This document shows positions 50,226-59,019 of a stretch of 64,000 nt of DNA, in pieces (the stretch's first letter is position 1; each line of letters opens with the position of its first letter). The DNA comes from an uncultured Erysipelotrichaceae bacterium (lineage in GTDB: Bacteria > Bacillota_I > Bacilli_A > Erysipelotrichales > Erysipelotrichaceae), in NCBI GenBank assembly GCA_937893225.1, contig CALBJM010000331.1:3346-67345 (forward strand). The letters run 5' to 3'. The position numbers and the translations under genes were made by a program. Below the pieces are notes generated by a model. That model worked only from the letters and a program-made list of their open reading frames with translations, did no database searches and was not told where the DNA came from.

Positions 50226-50563
50226 TGCCATATACTTCGTACATTTTTGAAGAATTGTCTGTAACTAAAGCTGTTGAGTTTAAGAATGCGTTAATAGGTA
50301 CGAAGTTTTATTATCGTAATACGTTATATGAAATTATTGGTTTAGAAAATTGTCTTTATTCATTGCACGGGACTGAACCATGGTCTATAAAAGTTAAAGC
50401 AATTGCTAAAGTTGATGGCATTTCATTAACTAAAGAATTTAGATTTGATATATCTGAACATTTAATCAACAATGAACTTGACTATAAAAGTATGCAGTTT
50501 GCAATTGTAAATGGTGAAATTGTTCAAACTGATGTAGGTCAAGAAGTTTTAAATAACATATAA
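50225..50563 (+). CDS. C-terminal-tag family protein
   Basis: ends DVGQEVLNNI. Confidence 0.75.
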   Translation: MPYTSYIFEELSVTKAVEFKNALIGTKFYYRNTLYEIIGLENCLYSLHGTEPWSIKVKAIAKVDGISLTKEFRFDISEHLINNELDYKSMQFAIVNGEIVQTDVGQEVLNNI

Positions 50564-50567
50564 TGAA

Positions 50568-50597
50568 AAAGCGGTAGACATAACAACCTACCGCTTT
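50568..50597. terminator. bidirectional terminator
   Basis: AAAGCGGTAG/CTACCGCTTT between convergent genes. Confidence 0.7.
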
Positions 50598-50625
50598 ACA
50601 AATTGATATGTGAATATATTTATAC

Positions 50626-51516
50626 TTATTCTTTTTCAACAGCACCATGTTGAATCAGATAATCCTTAATTTCATCATTATGTGTGAGTGATAGAATAGA
50701 TGCGCCATCATTTGTAACAGCATTGACATCAGCACCATGTTCAACTAAAATTTTGATAACATTTAAATTTGATGAAATGCAAGCACAGGCTAAAGGTGTG
50801 AATCCAGCAATTGAAGTAGCATTAACATCAGCACCTTTATCAAGCAACATATCAATAATATCAAGGTGACCTTCACGACTAGCAAAAATTAAAGGTGTGT
50901 CACCTTCCCATTCAGTATTATTAATATCAGCACCTAATTCAAGCGCTTTAACAGCTAGATCTAATTTATCAGAAATACAACTTCCTGTTAATAGACGATT
51001 AGCGTCATGTACAATAGCACCATGAAAAACTAAAGATTCAATAATGTCATATACATGTTCAAAAGCACCTTCGTCTAAAAGAATATCAAGCGCAGTTTTT
51101 CCATCTTTATCTGTAATGTTTGGATCGGCACCATGTTCAAGTAACCAATCGATTGTACTTAAATTAGCGTAATTTAAGCAAGACAAATACAGAATTGTTT
51201 CGCCATTGTTTGATTTGATATTGACATCGGCACCGTGTTCAACAAGTAATTGAGCAAGTTCAAGGTTATCTTGATAGATAGCACGAAACAATGGTGTTTC
51301 GCCATAGTAATCCGTAACGTTGACATCAATAGAAGGATCAGCTAAAACTTCTTTAACTAAATTAATATCACCGGAAAACAGTTTTACTTTTGTATTTTCC
51401 GATTCACCTTCTTCTATTAACTTTACAACGCTTTCTTTTAGTTTTTGATTAACTGTACGTCTAAAAGATTTAATCAATACTTCATCATCAATCATGTGTT
51501 TAGATTCCTTTATCAA
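50626..51516 (-). CDS. ankyrin-repeat protein
   Basis: about 7 repeats GETPL..A...LLVEHGADVN. Confidence 0.92.
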   Translation of the reverse strand: MIKESKHMIDDEVLIKSFRRTVNQKLKESVVKLIEEGESENTKVKLFSGDINLVKEVLADPSIDVNVTDYYGETPLFRAIYQDNLELAQLLVEHGADVNIKSNNGETILYLSCLNYANLSTIDWLLEHGADPNITDKDGKTALDILLDEGAFEHVYDIIESLVFHGAIVHDANRLLTGSCISDKLDLAVKALELGADINNTEWEGDTPLIFASREGHLDIIDMLLDKGADVNATSIAGFTPLACACISSNLNVIKILVEHGADVNAVTNDGASILSLTHNDEIKDYLIQHGAVEKE

Positions 51517-52016
51517 TAAAATGATGCAATTTTTGGTGATAATGTTTTTAAATATTTAGGATCAACAATGTCAATCATGTTAACTTTTTTGAGCAGACTG
51601 TAAGGTGATGACCAAACGTTTTCTTGACTATATAAATCAGCACCATGACTTAAAAGATAATTGATTTTATCTTTAGCATCATCAATATCTTCTTGCGTTG
51701 TGTGTTTATCTAAACTATCAACAAAGTTTTTTGTTATCATTTGTAAAACTTTATTCATACGTTCATTGTCAAAATAAGCAGGATAATGTTTAAGAAGCAG
51801 ATCAGCAACATCAAAAGCTTTACTTTCAAAACATATAGCAAAAGCAATGCGACTATCTATTCCGAAATCTTTTGGATGCTGTTCCTCAAAGTTTTTAATG
51901 TCATCAACAGACATTGTTTCTACTGTAACAAATTCACGTTCAACAAGTTTAGATAGTTTGTTCTGAATAACTTGCTTAAAGTCTTCAAACAGTGTTTCTT
52001 TACTAGACATTGACAA
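51513..52016 (-). CDS. degenerate ankyrin-repeat protein
   Basis: YLLSHGADL; coupled to the ankyrin gene. Confidence 0.6.
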   Translation of the reverse strand: MSMSSKETLFEDFKQVIQNKLSKLVEREFVTVETMSVDDIKNFEEQHPKDFGIDSRIAFAICFESKAFDVADLLLKHYPAYFDNERMNKVLQMITKNFVDSLDKHTTQEDIDDAKDKINYLLSHGADLYSQENVWSSPYSLLKKVNMIDIVDPKYLKTLSPKIASFY

Positions 52017-52076
52017 CCTAATATTTATATGTTATGTTACATGTCTTAAAGAACGATTATGTGGAAGGTAGTTTAG

Positions 52077-52436
52077 ATGCCTAATTTAGAAGAAAAATGT
52101 CTAAAGATAATGTTGAATAATTTTGTGAAAAATGATTGGTTTGTAAACTTAACATCTGAACAACAAACTAAAATGACATGTCTGTTAAATAAAGTTGTTA
52201 ACAAAGATTATGGTTTAGATGTGGAAATCAAGAAGGTCATTTCACAACCAACCTTTACCTTTATCAATTTAATTTGTTTTACAATAACATTAAAAAATAA
52301 TGAACAGTTAACAATTTATGTTTCAGATGATATTAAAAAATATAAAGATAGATTAGATTGTATATGTTTAAAAAGAGTTAAAGACAATGAGTTTAATGTT
52401 GCGGATATCGGCGAGTCAGTTTTAAAAGAGTTATAA
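52077..52436 (+). CDS. C-terminal-tag family protein
   Basis: ends DIGESVLKEL. Confidence 0.75.
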   Translation: MPNLEEKCLKIMLNNFVKNDWFVNLTSEQQTKMTCLLNKVVNKDYGLDVEIKKVISQPTFTFINLICFTITLKNNEQLTIYVSDDIKKYKDRLDCICLKRVKDNEFNVADIGESVLKEL

Positions 52437-52437
52437 C

Positions 52438-52773
52438 ATGAGTTGTTTTGATAAATTATCAAAAGAGCAATTATATGATTTCATTGATGTTTTCGATGAG
52501 TTGATTTTAAAAGAATTCAAATGGTGTCGAGCATATGATAAAGAGTCATTTATTAATGACTTTCTAGCAACTGTTCAAGAACTGGATGACGTTTATTGTT
52601 TTTATATTGATGTAAAAAGAAAAGGTGGTAAGAAAAGAAATTCGCAATTTTTCTATTTTGATAAATTATTTTTCAATAATTTAAATAATTTCCATAAACT
52701 TAAACTTAAGCGTGTTGATGAAACAACTTTTATGGTAGAAGATATTGGTAATGAAACTTTAGAAGGAATTTAA
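52438..52773 (+). CDS. C-terminal-tag family protein
   Basis: ends DIGNETLEGI. Confidence 0.75.
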   Translation: MSCFDKLSKEQLYDFIDVFDELILKEFKWCRAYDKESFINDFLATVQELDDVYCFYIDVKRKGGKKRNSQFFYFDKLFFNNLNNFHKLKLKRVDETTFMVEDIGNETLEGI

Positions 52774-52774
52774 A

Positions 52775-53143
52775 ATGCAATTACAAGTCGGGATTGGTTT
52801 AGATAGTGTTGTTAAAAAAGCACAAGATTTAGTTGAACAATCATCACCTTTATATATTATGGACAATGGTGTTAAAAGGGTAGTATTAGGTGTTCATACA
52901 AAAATTAATTCCGGTTTGATTTTTGATGACGATTACTATTATATTGATGTTGCAACGAAAATAGTAGGCGAAGATTATTTTCAAACAAAAGCAACAATTC
53001 GTATTGCTATTGATAAAAAATTGATTGATGCTATTCATGACACTAAAAAATACAAAGCTAAATTTGTTTATAGGTTAAGCGCAATTTGTAGCCAAGAATT
53101 AGAAATTGTTGATATAGGTGAACGTGTTTTATCAAAAATCTAG
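52775..53143 (+). CDS. C-terminal-tag family protein
   Basis: ends DIGERVLSKI. Confidence 0.75.
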   Translation: MQLQVGIGLDSVVKKAQDLVEQSSPLYIMDNGVKRVVLGVHTKINSGLIFDDDYYYIDVATKIVGEDYFQTKATIRIAIDKKLIDAIHDTKKYKAKFVYRLSAICSQELEIVDIGERVLSKI

Positions 53144-53200
53144 TTGACATATATTAGTCATTGTTGTAACATATCTTTAGAGAATAAACAATGAGTACAA

Positions 53201-53281
53201 ATGATGAACATTAAATTAAAGATTGAAGATTTACATTGTAGACTTTATGATATTGGAGAAGAGTGTTTAGATGCAGTTTGA
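53201..53281 (+). CDS. 26-aa mini-ORF or remnant consisting largely of the tag
   Basis: MMNIKLKIEDLHCRLYDIGEECLDAV*, downstream of promoter TTGACA 53144. Confidence 0.5.
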   Translation: MMNIKLKIEDLHCRLYDIGEECLDAV

Positions 53282-53660
53282 TTTATATAAAAACTCGAAA
53301 CTTTTTAAAAATGTTCAACAGTTGTTTACAGTGGCTAAAGGTTTGGCTGTCAGGTGTGAAGATAATACTTTTGTCATTTTAAAGTTTCGAGAAAAAGGAT
53401 ATGGTTTTCAGATAAATGTGAATGGTGTTTTATGGGTAGGATTTCCTGTCGAATGCTTGAATTTTAACCCTCTTCTTCTTAACGAAGAAAAACCAATTGT
53501 TAATAACAATATCTTTTGTTTAGCGAGTTGGATTGAAAAAACTTCTGAATTCAAAAAAGAAAATCTTGAATTCTTTCAAATGAACAGTACGGATGCTTTA
53601 GACAATAAATTAGTTATTCAAGATAAATCAATTGGTGCTGTTACATTAAACAATATTTAA
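53271..53660 (+). CDS. C-terminal-tag family protein
   Basis: ends SIGAVTLNNI. Confidence 0.75.
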   Translation: MQFDLYKNSKLFKNVQQLFTVAKGLAVRCEDNTFVILKFREKGYGFQINVNGVLWVGFPVECLNFNPLLLNEEKPIVNNNIFCLASWIEKTSEFKKENLEFFQMNSTDALDNKLVIQDKSIGAVTLNNI

Positions 53661-53731
53661 TGGTTGACATTTTTATAAATTTGTCATACAATATGTTGTA
53701 AGAAATAAAAACATATTGCTAAAGGTGCTTC

Positions 53732-53953
53732 ATGATTACAGCTGATAAATCACATAAAGTTTTTGACAACAGCGGTTGGGTTCCTGTAAAAGATAGTGGT
53801 TGGATTATTTTACATAATGGATATGTTGTTTGCCAGAAATGTGGAAAAAAGACATCTCATAAATTATATTTAGGTGCCGAACATCACGATGATATTCATT
53901 GTCCAAATTGTGATAATGTAGTTATAGGATCAAATGGTTTGAAAGTACGCTAA
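53732..53953 (+). CDS. small zinc-ribbon protein
   Basis: CQKC...CPNC. Confidence 0.65.
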   Translation: MITADKSHKVFDNSGWVPVKDSGWIILHNGYVVCQKCGKKTSHKLYLGAEHHDDIHCPNCDNVVIGSNGLKVR

Positions 53954-56220
53954 TGAAATATTTAATCTTGCTTCGAGGACTTCCCGGGTCTGGCAAAAGT
54001 TATTGGGTAAAAGAAAACAAATTAGAAGATTATACTATTTCTTCTGATAATGTTCGTTTATTGTTTGCAACGCCATCTATCCCGTTTGCCGCATGTTATA
54101 AAGATAGAGGTATTTCACAAAAGAATGATAAAGACGTTTGGGAACTCATTCATTCTTTAGTTGAACGTCGTTTAACGAACGGCATGACAACTATTGTTGA
54201 TGCAACACATTTGACGGAAAAATCTATCAATTGTTATAAAAGCTTTTGTATGAATAATAATGTGCGTTGTATAGTGCTTGATTTTAATGTGAATGTTGAA
54301 CAAGCTATAAACAATGATATGTTGCGTAAAGGTACATGTCGTTATGTTGGCGAATATATCATCAAACGCATGAATGAAAATACCGAAAAGGTTTCTAAAT
54401 GGGTTGATTATACAGATAAAGATCGTATTATAAAGGTGTTTAATGAATGTCTGGAACCTGTTGATTATAACGAAAAGTATGATAACATTGTAATCTTCGG
54501 TGATTTACACGGTTGTTATGAACCTTTAAAGCAGTGGTTTGATAAGCATCCTGTTAATGATAAAACTAAATATATCTTCTGTGGTGATTATGAAGATAGA
54601 GGTATTCAACATAAAGAGTTATTTGGTTTTCTTTTACAACATCGTAAAGATTTTAACTTTAAATTTTTAAAAGGAAATCATTCACGTCGTTTGTTGCAAA
54701 TAGCTGAACGTGATAAAGATTCTATTCGATATCCGGAATACTATAATACACTTGAACAGTTGAAAGATTTTGATCCTATTGAACTGAAAAAGTTTGTTCG
54801 GGATCAAGATGATATGATTTACTTCACATTTCGTAATAAAGTGTTTTGTGTATCACATGGTGGTATTAGTTGTTTACCGTCCTTGAAATTGAATAGTGAT
54901 GAATACGTAAAAGGTCACGGTACATATCAAATGGCGCATCAAGTCGACGATGAGTTTTTGTTTAATGTCTCTATTGAGAATGACAACATTTATCAAGTAC
55001 ATGGCCATCGAAATGTAAATAACGAACCTGTTCAAGTAAATGAGCATTGCTTTAATCTAGAAGGTGGTATTGAATTTGGTGGTGAATTACGAATTCTTCA
55101 AATTAATAATAAAGGTGAATGTCATATACATACTATCAAGAATACCGTGTTCAAACAATTGAATGATGATTCGAAGATTGTTAATGAGTTTAAGTATTCA
55201 TCTTTAATTCGTAAATCTCAAAATCCTGACGGTATCAGTTCGTATAATTTTAACCGTGATGCTTTTTATGACAAAAAGTGGAACAACTTGACATGTACAG
55301 CAAGAGGGTTGTTTGTATATGATGATACTGATAAAGTGGCATGTCGTTCGTTTAACAAATTTTTCAATCTCAATGAAGTAAAGACTTCTAGTCTAGATTG
55401 GGTTGTTAAGAATTGGCAAGGTATTACAAACGTTTATAAAAAGGAAAATGGTTATTTAGGAATCATTTCTGTTGATGTTCGTAATAACGAATTTATTTTT
55501 GCATCTAAAAGTCGTACTGATAAAGAGTATGCTTTAAATTTAAAACGTATCTTTAATGATAAATTGTCGGATGAACAAAAAGATAATTTAAAAAAGTGGT
55601 TACTGAAAGATATAGATAAACATGGTGGTAATGCATATTCTTTAGTTGTTGAGGTTGTTGATCCTATAAACGATCCGCATATCATTAAATATGATAGTTG
55701 TGAATTGTTTATGCTTGAAGCTTTTGTTAATACGTTTAAAGAAGAAACAATTTCATATGACGCGTTAAAACAATTGCATGATTTAATTGGTTTAAAGATC
55801 AAGGGAAAGATTTGTGAAACATCAAATTTAAAATCAACAATTTATGGTTTATGTAATTCAAAAGAACATGTTGAAGGTTTTGTTTTGGAAGGCTGTGACT
55901 TTAATGGAAAAGTGGTCAGGGTAAAAGTAAAAACAAAATATTATTTGATGTGGAAGAAGTTTAGGTCGACAGGTTTGTTTGATAGAAGTTTTGATTGTGT
56001 AAACGGCTTAACAAATGAACAACAAGTGTTCGCTAAACAAATTTATCTACGTGCAAAACAATTGATTGCTTTACAGGAAGGTCAAACTATTCAAACCAAT
56101 GAGTTGATTAATGTAAATGCTGAAGTTGATAATTGCAATACATTAATCTATAAAGATTTGATTGGTGGGTGGCATATTAACATTCCTAAAGTAATTGAAT
56201 TCGTAGAAAATATGAAATAG
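53953..56220 (+). CDS. polynucleotide kinase / metallophosphoesterase / RNA ligase fusion (RNA repair)
   Basis: GLPGSGKS P-loop; GDLHG, GDYEDRG, GNH, HGG, HGH; ligase ARG, KFFN, KENG, EGFV, KVK. Confidence 0.9.
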   Translation: MKYLILLRGLPGSGKSYWVKENKLEDYTISSDNVRLLFATPSIPFAACYKDRGISQKNDKDVWELIHSLVERRLTNGMTTIVDATHLTEKSINCYKSFCMNNNVRCIVLDFNVNVEQAINNDMLRKGTCRYVGEYIIKRMNENTEKVSKWVDYTDKDRIIKVFNECLEPVDYNEKYDNIVIFGDLHGCYEPLKQWFDKHPVNDKTKYIFCGDYEDRGIQHKELFGFLLQHRKDFNFKFLKGNHSRRLLQIAERDKDSIRYPEYYNTLEQLKDFDPIELKKFVRDQDDMIYFTFRNKVFCVSHGGISCLPSLKLNSDEYVKGHGTYQMAHQVDDEFLFNVSIENDNIYQVHGHRNVNNEPVQVNEHCFNLEGGIEFGGELRILQINNKGECHIHTIKNTVFKQLNDDSKIVNEFKYSSLIRKSQNPDGISSYNFNRDAFYDKKWNNLTCTARGLFVYDDTDKVACRSFNKFFNLNEVKTSSLDWVVKNWQGITNVYKKENGYLGIISVDVRNNEFIFASKSRTDKEYALNLKRIFNDKLSDEQKDNLKKWLLKDIDKHGGNAYSLVVEVVDPINDPHIIKYDSCELFMLEAFVNTFKEETISYDALKQLHDLIGLKIKGKICETSNLKSTIYGLCNSKEHVEGFVLEGCDFNGKVVRVKVKTKYYLMWKKFRSTGLFDRSFDCVNGLTNEQQVFAKQIYLRAKQLIALQEGQTIQTNELINVNAEVDNCNTLIYKDLIGGWHINIPKVIEFVENMK

Positions 56221-56225
56221 TTGAT

Positions 56226-56259
56226 AAAGGCAAGAGTTTAATTCCTTGCCTTTATTTTT
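56226..56259 (+). terminator. intrinsic terminator
   Basis: AAAGGCAAG/CTTGCCTTT plus T-run. Confidence 0.65.
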
Positions 56260-56327
56260 ATAAAATATTTATTGACATTGATTTGCGTTTAGTATAAAGT
56301 TGTTGTAAATTAAATGAAAGGAAAAAT

Positions 56328-56525
56328 ATGATAACGATTTTTTGTGCATTTATAGGTTTTTTGTTTTCAGCTTTTGGCTACAACGTAATTGAGAATACAA
56401 CAGCAATTCTTTTGTCTTTTCTGTTTGAAGTGGCTTTTGAGGTTGTAATTGGTGCAATTTATGTTATAGTAAAAGGTGAACGTGAATTGAAGAAACCTGA
56501 TTGTTTCTTTTACAATAACAAATAA
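56328..56525 (+). CDS. small membrane protein
   Basis: hydrophobic; promoter TTGACA 56272. Confidence 0.55.
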   Translation: MITIFCAFIGFLFSAFGYNVIENTTAILLSFLFEVAFEVVIGAIYVIVKGERELKKPDCFFYNNK

Positions 56526-56539
56526 CTAATAGGTCTTAA

Positions 56540-56797
56540 ATGTTTACAGATAAAACAGAAACGCACGAATGTAATTGTTTCACTTGCAAAAATAAAGACA
56601 ACGTTGATTCGTTGGTTGGATATTATACAGGATGTTTTGATGCATTAAAAGAAGCAATTGAGTTGACAAAAGAATGTCAATGTGATAATAGGTTTGATAA
56701 AGATTTAGCATTTAAGTCTTTATTGGCAAAACTGAATTACGAACTTGAATGTAATGGTGTTTTGTTGGAAGAAGTTGAGTTGAAAAAGAAAGGTTAA
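56540..56797 (+). CDS. hypothetical protein
   Basis: 85 aa. Confidence 0.6.
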   Translation: MFTDKTETHECNCFTCKNKDNVDSLVGYYTGCFDALKEAIELTKECQCDNRFDKDLAFKSLLAKLNYELECNGVLLEEVELKKKG

Positions 56798-56803
56798 GAA
56801 ATT

Positions 56804-58099
56804 ATGGTTGATAAAGTTTGTAAACTGTCTAGCGGTGCAACGTTTTTGTATAATCAGCAAGAAGACGATCTTTCATCGTTTGCTGTTTTGTTTGATGTTG
56901 GTTCTATTGACGAATTGGCAAATGAAAAGAAAGGTATTGCACATTGTCTTGAACATATGATGTTTAAAGGTACGAAAACAAAAACAGCCGCTGAATTTCT
57001 TAACTTAATGGATAAGTTGGGGGTTGAGTCTAATGCTTTTACTTGTTTTGATGCCACTTGTTATCATGGTACATTTCATAACGATGATACAAAAGAAGTT
57101 ATCAATTTGTTTGGTGAAATGTTAACTGAACCACGTTTCGATGAAAAAGATTTGGCTTTAGAAAAAGGTGTAATTCATCAAGAAATCATTATGTTTGAAA
57201 ATAGTCCACAGGAACGTGCGCAACAACATGGTGTAAGTGTACTGTTTAAAGATACGCCTTTTGCAAGGCCTGTTATTGGGTATTGGAAAGATGTTAATGC
57301 GATTACATCTGATGACTTGCGTTCATTTATGCATAATCATTATACACCCGCTAATTGCATTATTGCATATTCAGGTAAAACACCTTTTAATGAAGTGCGC
57401 AATATTGTTGAAGAATTTACAAAGAAATTCTCAAATAATAATGTTGTATACGAACGTGCGTCTGTACAGTTAAATTTAGGTGCTGATACTGTTGTTATTG
57501 AAGATAAAGAAACCAAACAGAATACAATTATGATTGGTGGTTCTTCATATACTTCAAACTCTATTGGTGGCGTTGCAAGCATCCTTGCAAAAGCTGTTTT
57601 AGCTGGCGGGTTGGCAAGTCGTTTAGTTAAGCGTATTCGTGAAGAATTAGGGTTGTGTTACTATATTGGGATTGCAAATGTCCCATCTATTAAAGATATT
57701 GTCACGCCACTAGTTGTTTGTATCACGGATAAAGATACAAAGATGGTAGAGGCTGAAATCAAAAAAGTCATTGCTGAAGCCATTAAAAACGGTTTTGAAG
57801 ATGAAGAAATTAAAGCTGTTAAAAAACATGGTGAGTTATGTTGTATTCAGTCGAACATCAACCGTGATGATTATGCAGTTCGTATGTGTACAAATTATCA
57901 AGGTACAGGGAAGCTACCTTCACAGTTGTTGAAAACTAAAGTGTCTCGTTTTAAGAAAGCTTCTAAAAAATCTATCGAAGAAGCTGTTGATAAAATGTTT
58001 TGTGAGACAACTTCTATTCATGTAATCAAACCTGTTGAAAAAGAGTGCGCTGTTAAACGGTTCTTTAAAACAATCTTTAACCGATTGAATGAAGAATAA
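56804..58099 (+). CDS. M16 family (pitrilysin/MPP-like) zinc peptidase
   Basis: GIAHCLEHMMFKGT, NAFT, EKGVIHQE, SRL...IREELGLCY. Confidence 0.92.
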   Translation: MVDKVCKLSSGATFLYNQQEDDLSSFAVLFDVGSIDELANEKKGIAHCLEHMMFKGTKTKTAAEFLNLMDKLGVESNAFTCFDATCYHGTFHNDDTKEVINLFGEMLTEPRFDEKDLALEKGVIHQEIIMFENSPQERAQQHGVSVLFKDTPFARPVIGYWKDVNAITSDDLRSFMHNHYTPANCIIAYSGKTPFNEVRNIVEEFTKKFSNNNVVYERASVQLNLGADTVVIEDKETKQNTIMIGGSSYTSNSIGGVASILAKAVLAGGLASRLVKRIREELGLCYYIGIANVPSIKDIVTPLVVCITDKDTKMVEAEIKKVIAEAIKNGFEDEEIKAVKKHGELCCIQSNINRDDYAVRMCTNYQGTGKLPSQLLKTKVSRFKKASKKSIEEAVDKMFCETTSIHVIKPVEKECAVKRFFKTIFNRLNEE

Positions 58100-58283
58100 T
58101 ATGACACACGAATTTCCTTGCGTACATGAGTCTGAACTAAAAAGTCTTGCATTGTTCATTGTTGCGACAATGTTATTGATTGCTTGTCTATTCGGTTTTT
58201 ATAGTTTAGGTAAAAATGAAGCTATTGAAGCTTTATGCCAAAAGCAACATTATGACTTTTGTGTAAAGAATAATAATAAATAA
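58089..58283 (+). CDS. small membrane protein, paralog of 3205..3411
   Basis: TM helix plus LC....YDFCVK. Confidence 0.6.
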   Translation: MKNNMTHEFPCVHESELKSLALFIVATMLLIACLFGFYSLGKNEAIEALCQKQHYDFCVKNNNK

Positions 58284-58347
58284 CAATCGAATCACACGGT
58301 GTGTTTATACATGTCGTGTGATTTACTTTTTTTCTAATAGGTGATTT

Positions 58348-59019
58348 ATGGCTGATACTGATATCGAAGAAAAAGTTTTACGGTATGCTTTAGCACAGAT
58401 TGACGACAGTTATAGTTATAAAGAAGCTTTCAGCTTAACTGAAGAACAAAAACAAGTTTTAATTGAAATGAAAACTTGCACGCAGTCAGAAAAAGAAAAG
58501 TTGTTAGAAAAATATTATGCGGCTATTGAGTTTGAAAATTTAAAAACAGCATATCTAGAAAATTTGACCAAACAATATGTAAAGCATTTGAGAGAATGCT
58601 TAGATTTTTCTGTTGAGTTAGATTCAAAAGATATGCTTGAATTTGTTAAAGCTGAACGTGATTTAAGGAAAGTTGATTCTGAAAAAAAGTTTAATAATGA
58701 ATGGCTTTTAGAGCGTTATAAAAATTTCTTTAATAAAGATTTTATGTCATAAAGAAATTATAAAAAGCAAAAGATAATTAATGATAGTTTAAACAAGTAT
58801 AATATAGATTTTGAATTGAAAGAATCTTTTGAAAAGAGTTGGCGAAATTGGAAAATAAATAAAGATTTGATAAACATAAATTTACAGCCTGAACCTTTAT
58901 ACTCAACTACTTTTGAGGAATTGGAACGTTTTACTCAAACACTAGAAAAGAATTTAGGAAAGACTAGAAAACAAATTGTTCAAGAAATTAAAGAAATGAT
59001 AAAAAGTGAAAATTTCTGA
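58348..59019 (+). pseudogene. nonsense-interrupted member of the 59-60.8 kb tandem family
   Basis: ORFs 58348 and 58816 are in the same frame, separated only by TAA 58750-58752; read-through KIINDSLNKYNIDFELKES aligns with paralog KLILDTLIKYNKDFELKEA. Confidence 0.6.

Noticed and set aside
38523..53660. Integron-like cassette array or DGR explaining the small-gene array
   Set aside because: No attC-like repeats (many genes overlap directly), no integrase or reverse transcriptase, and no TR/VR DNA pair; the shared feature is at the peptide level.
2801..53660. Tag as a by-product of the next gene's Shine-Dalgarno sequence
   Set aside because: The Gly codon is fixed relative to the stop, not to the next start. 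The motif also occurs before terminators, promoters and convergent genes.
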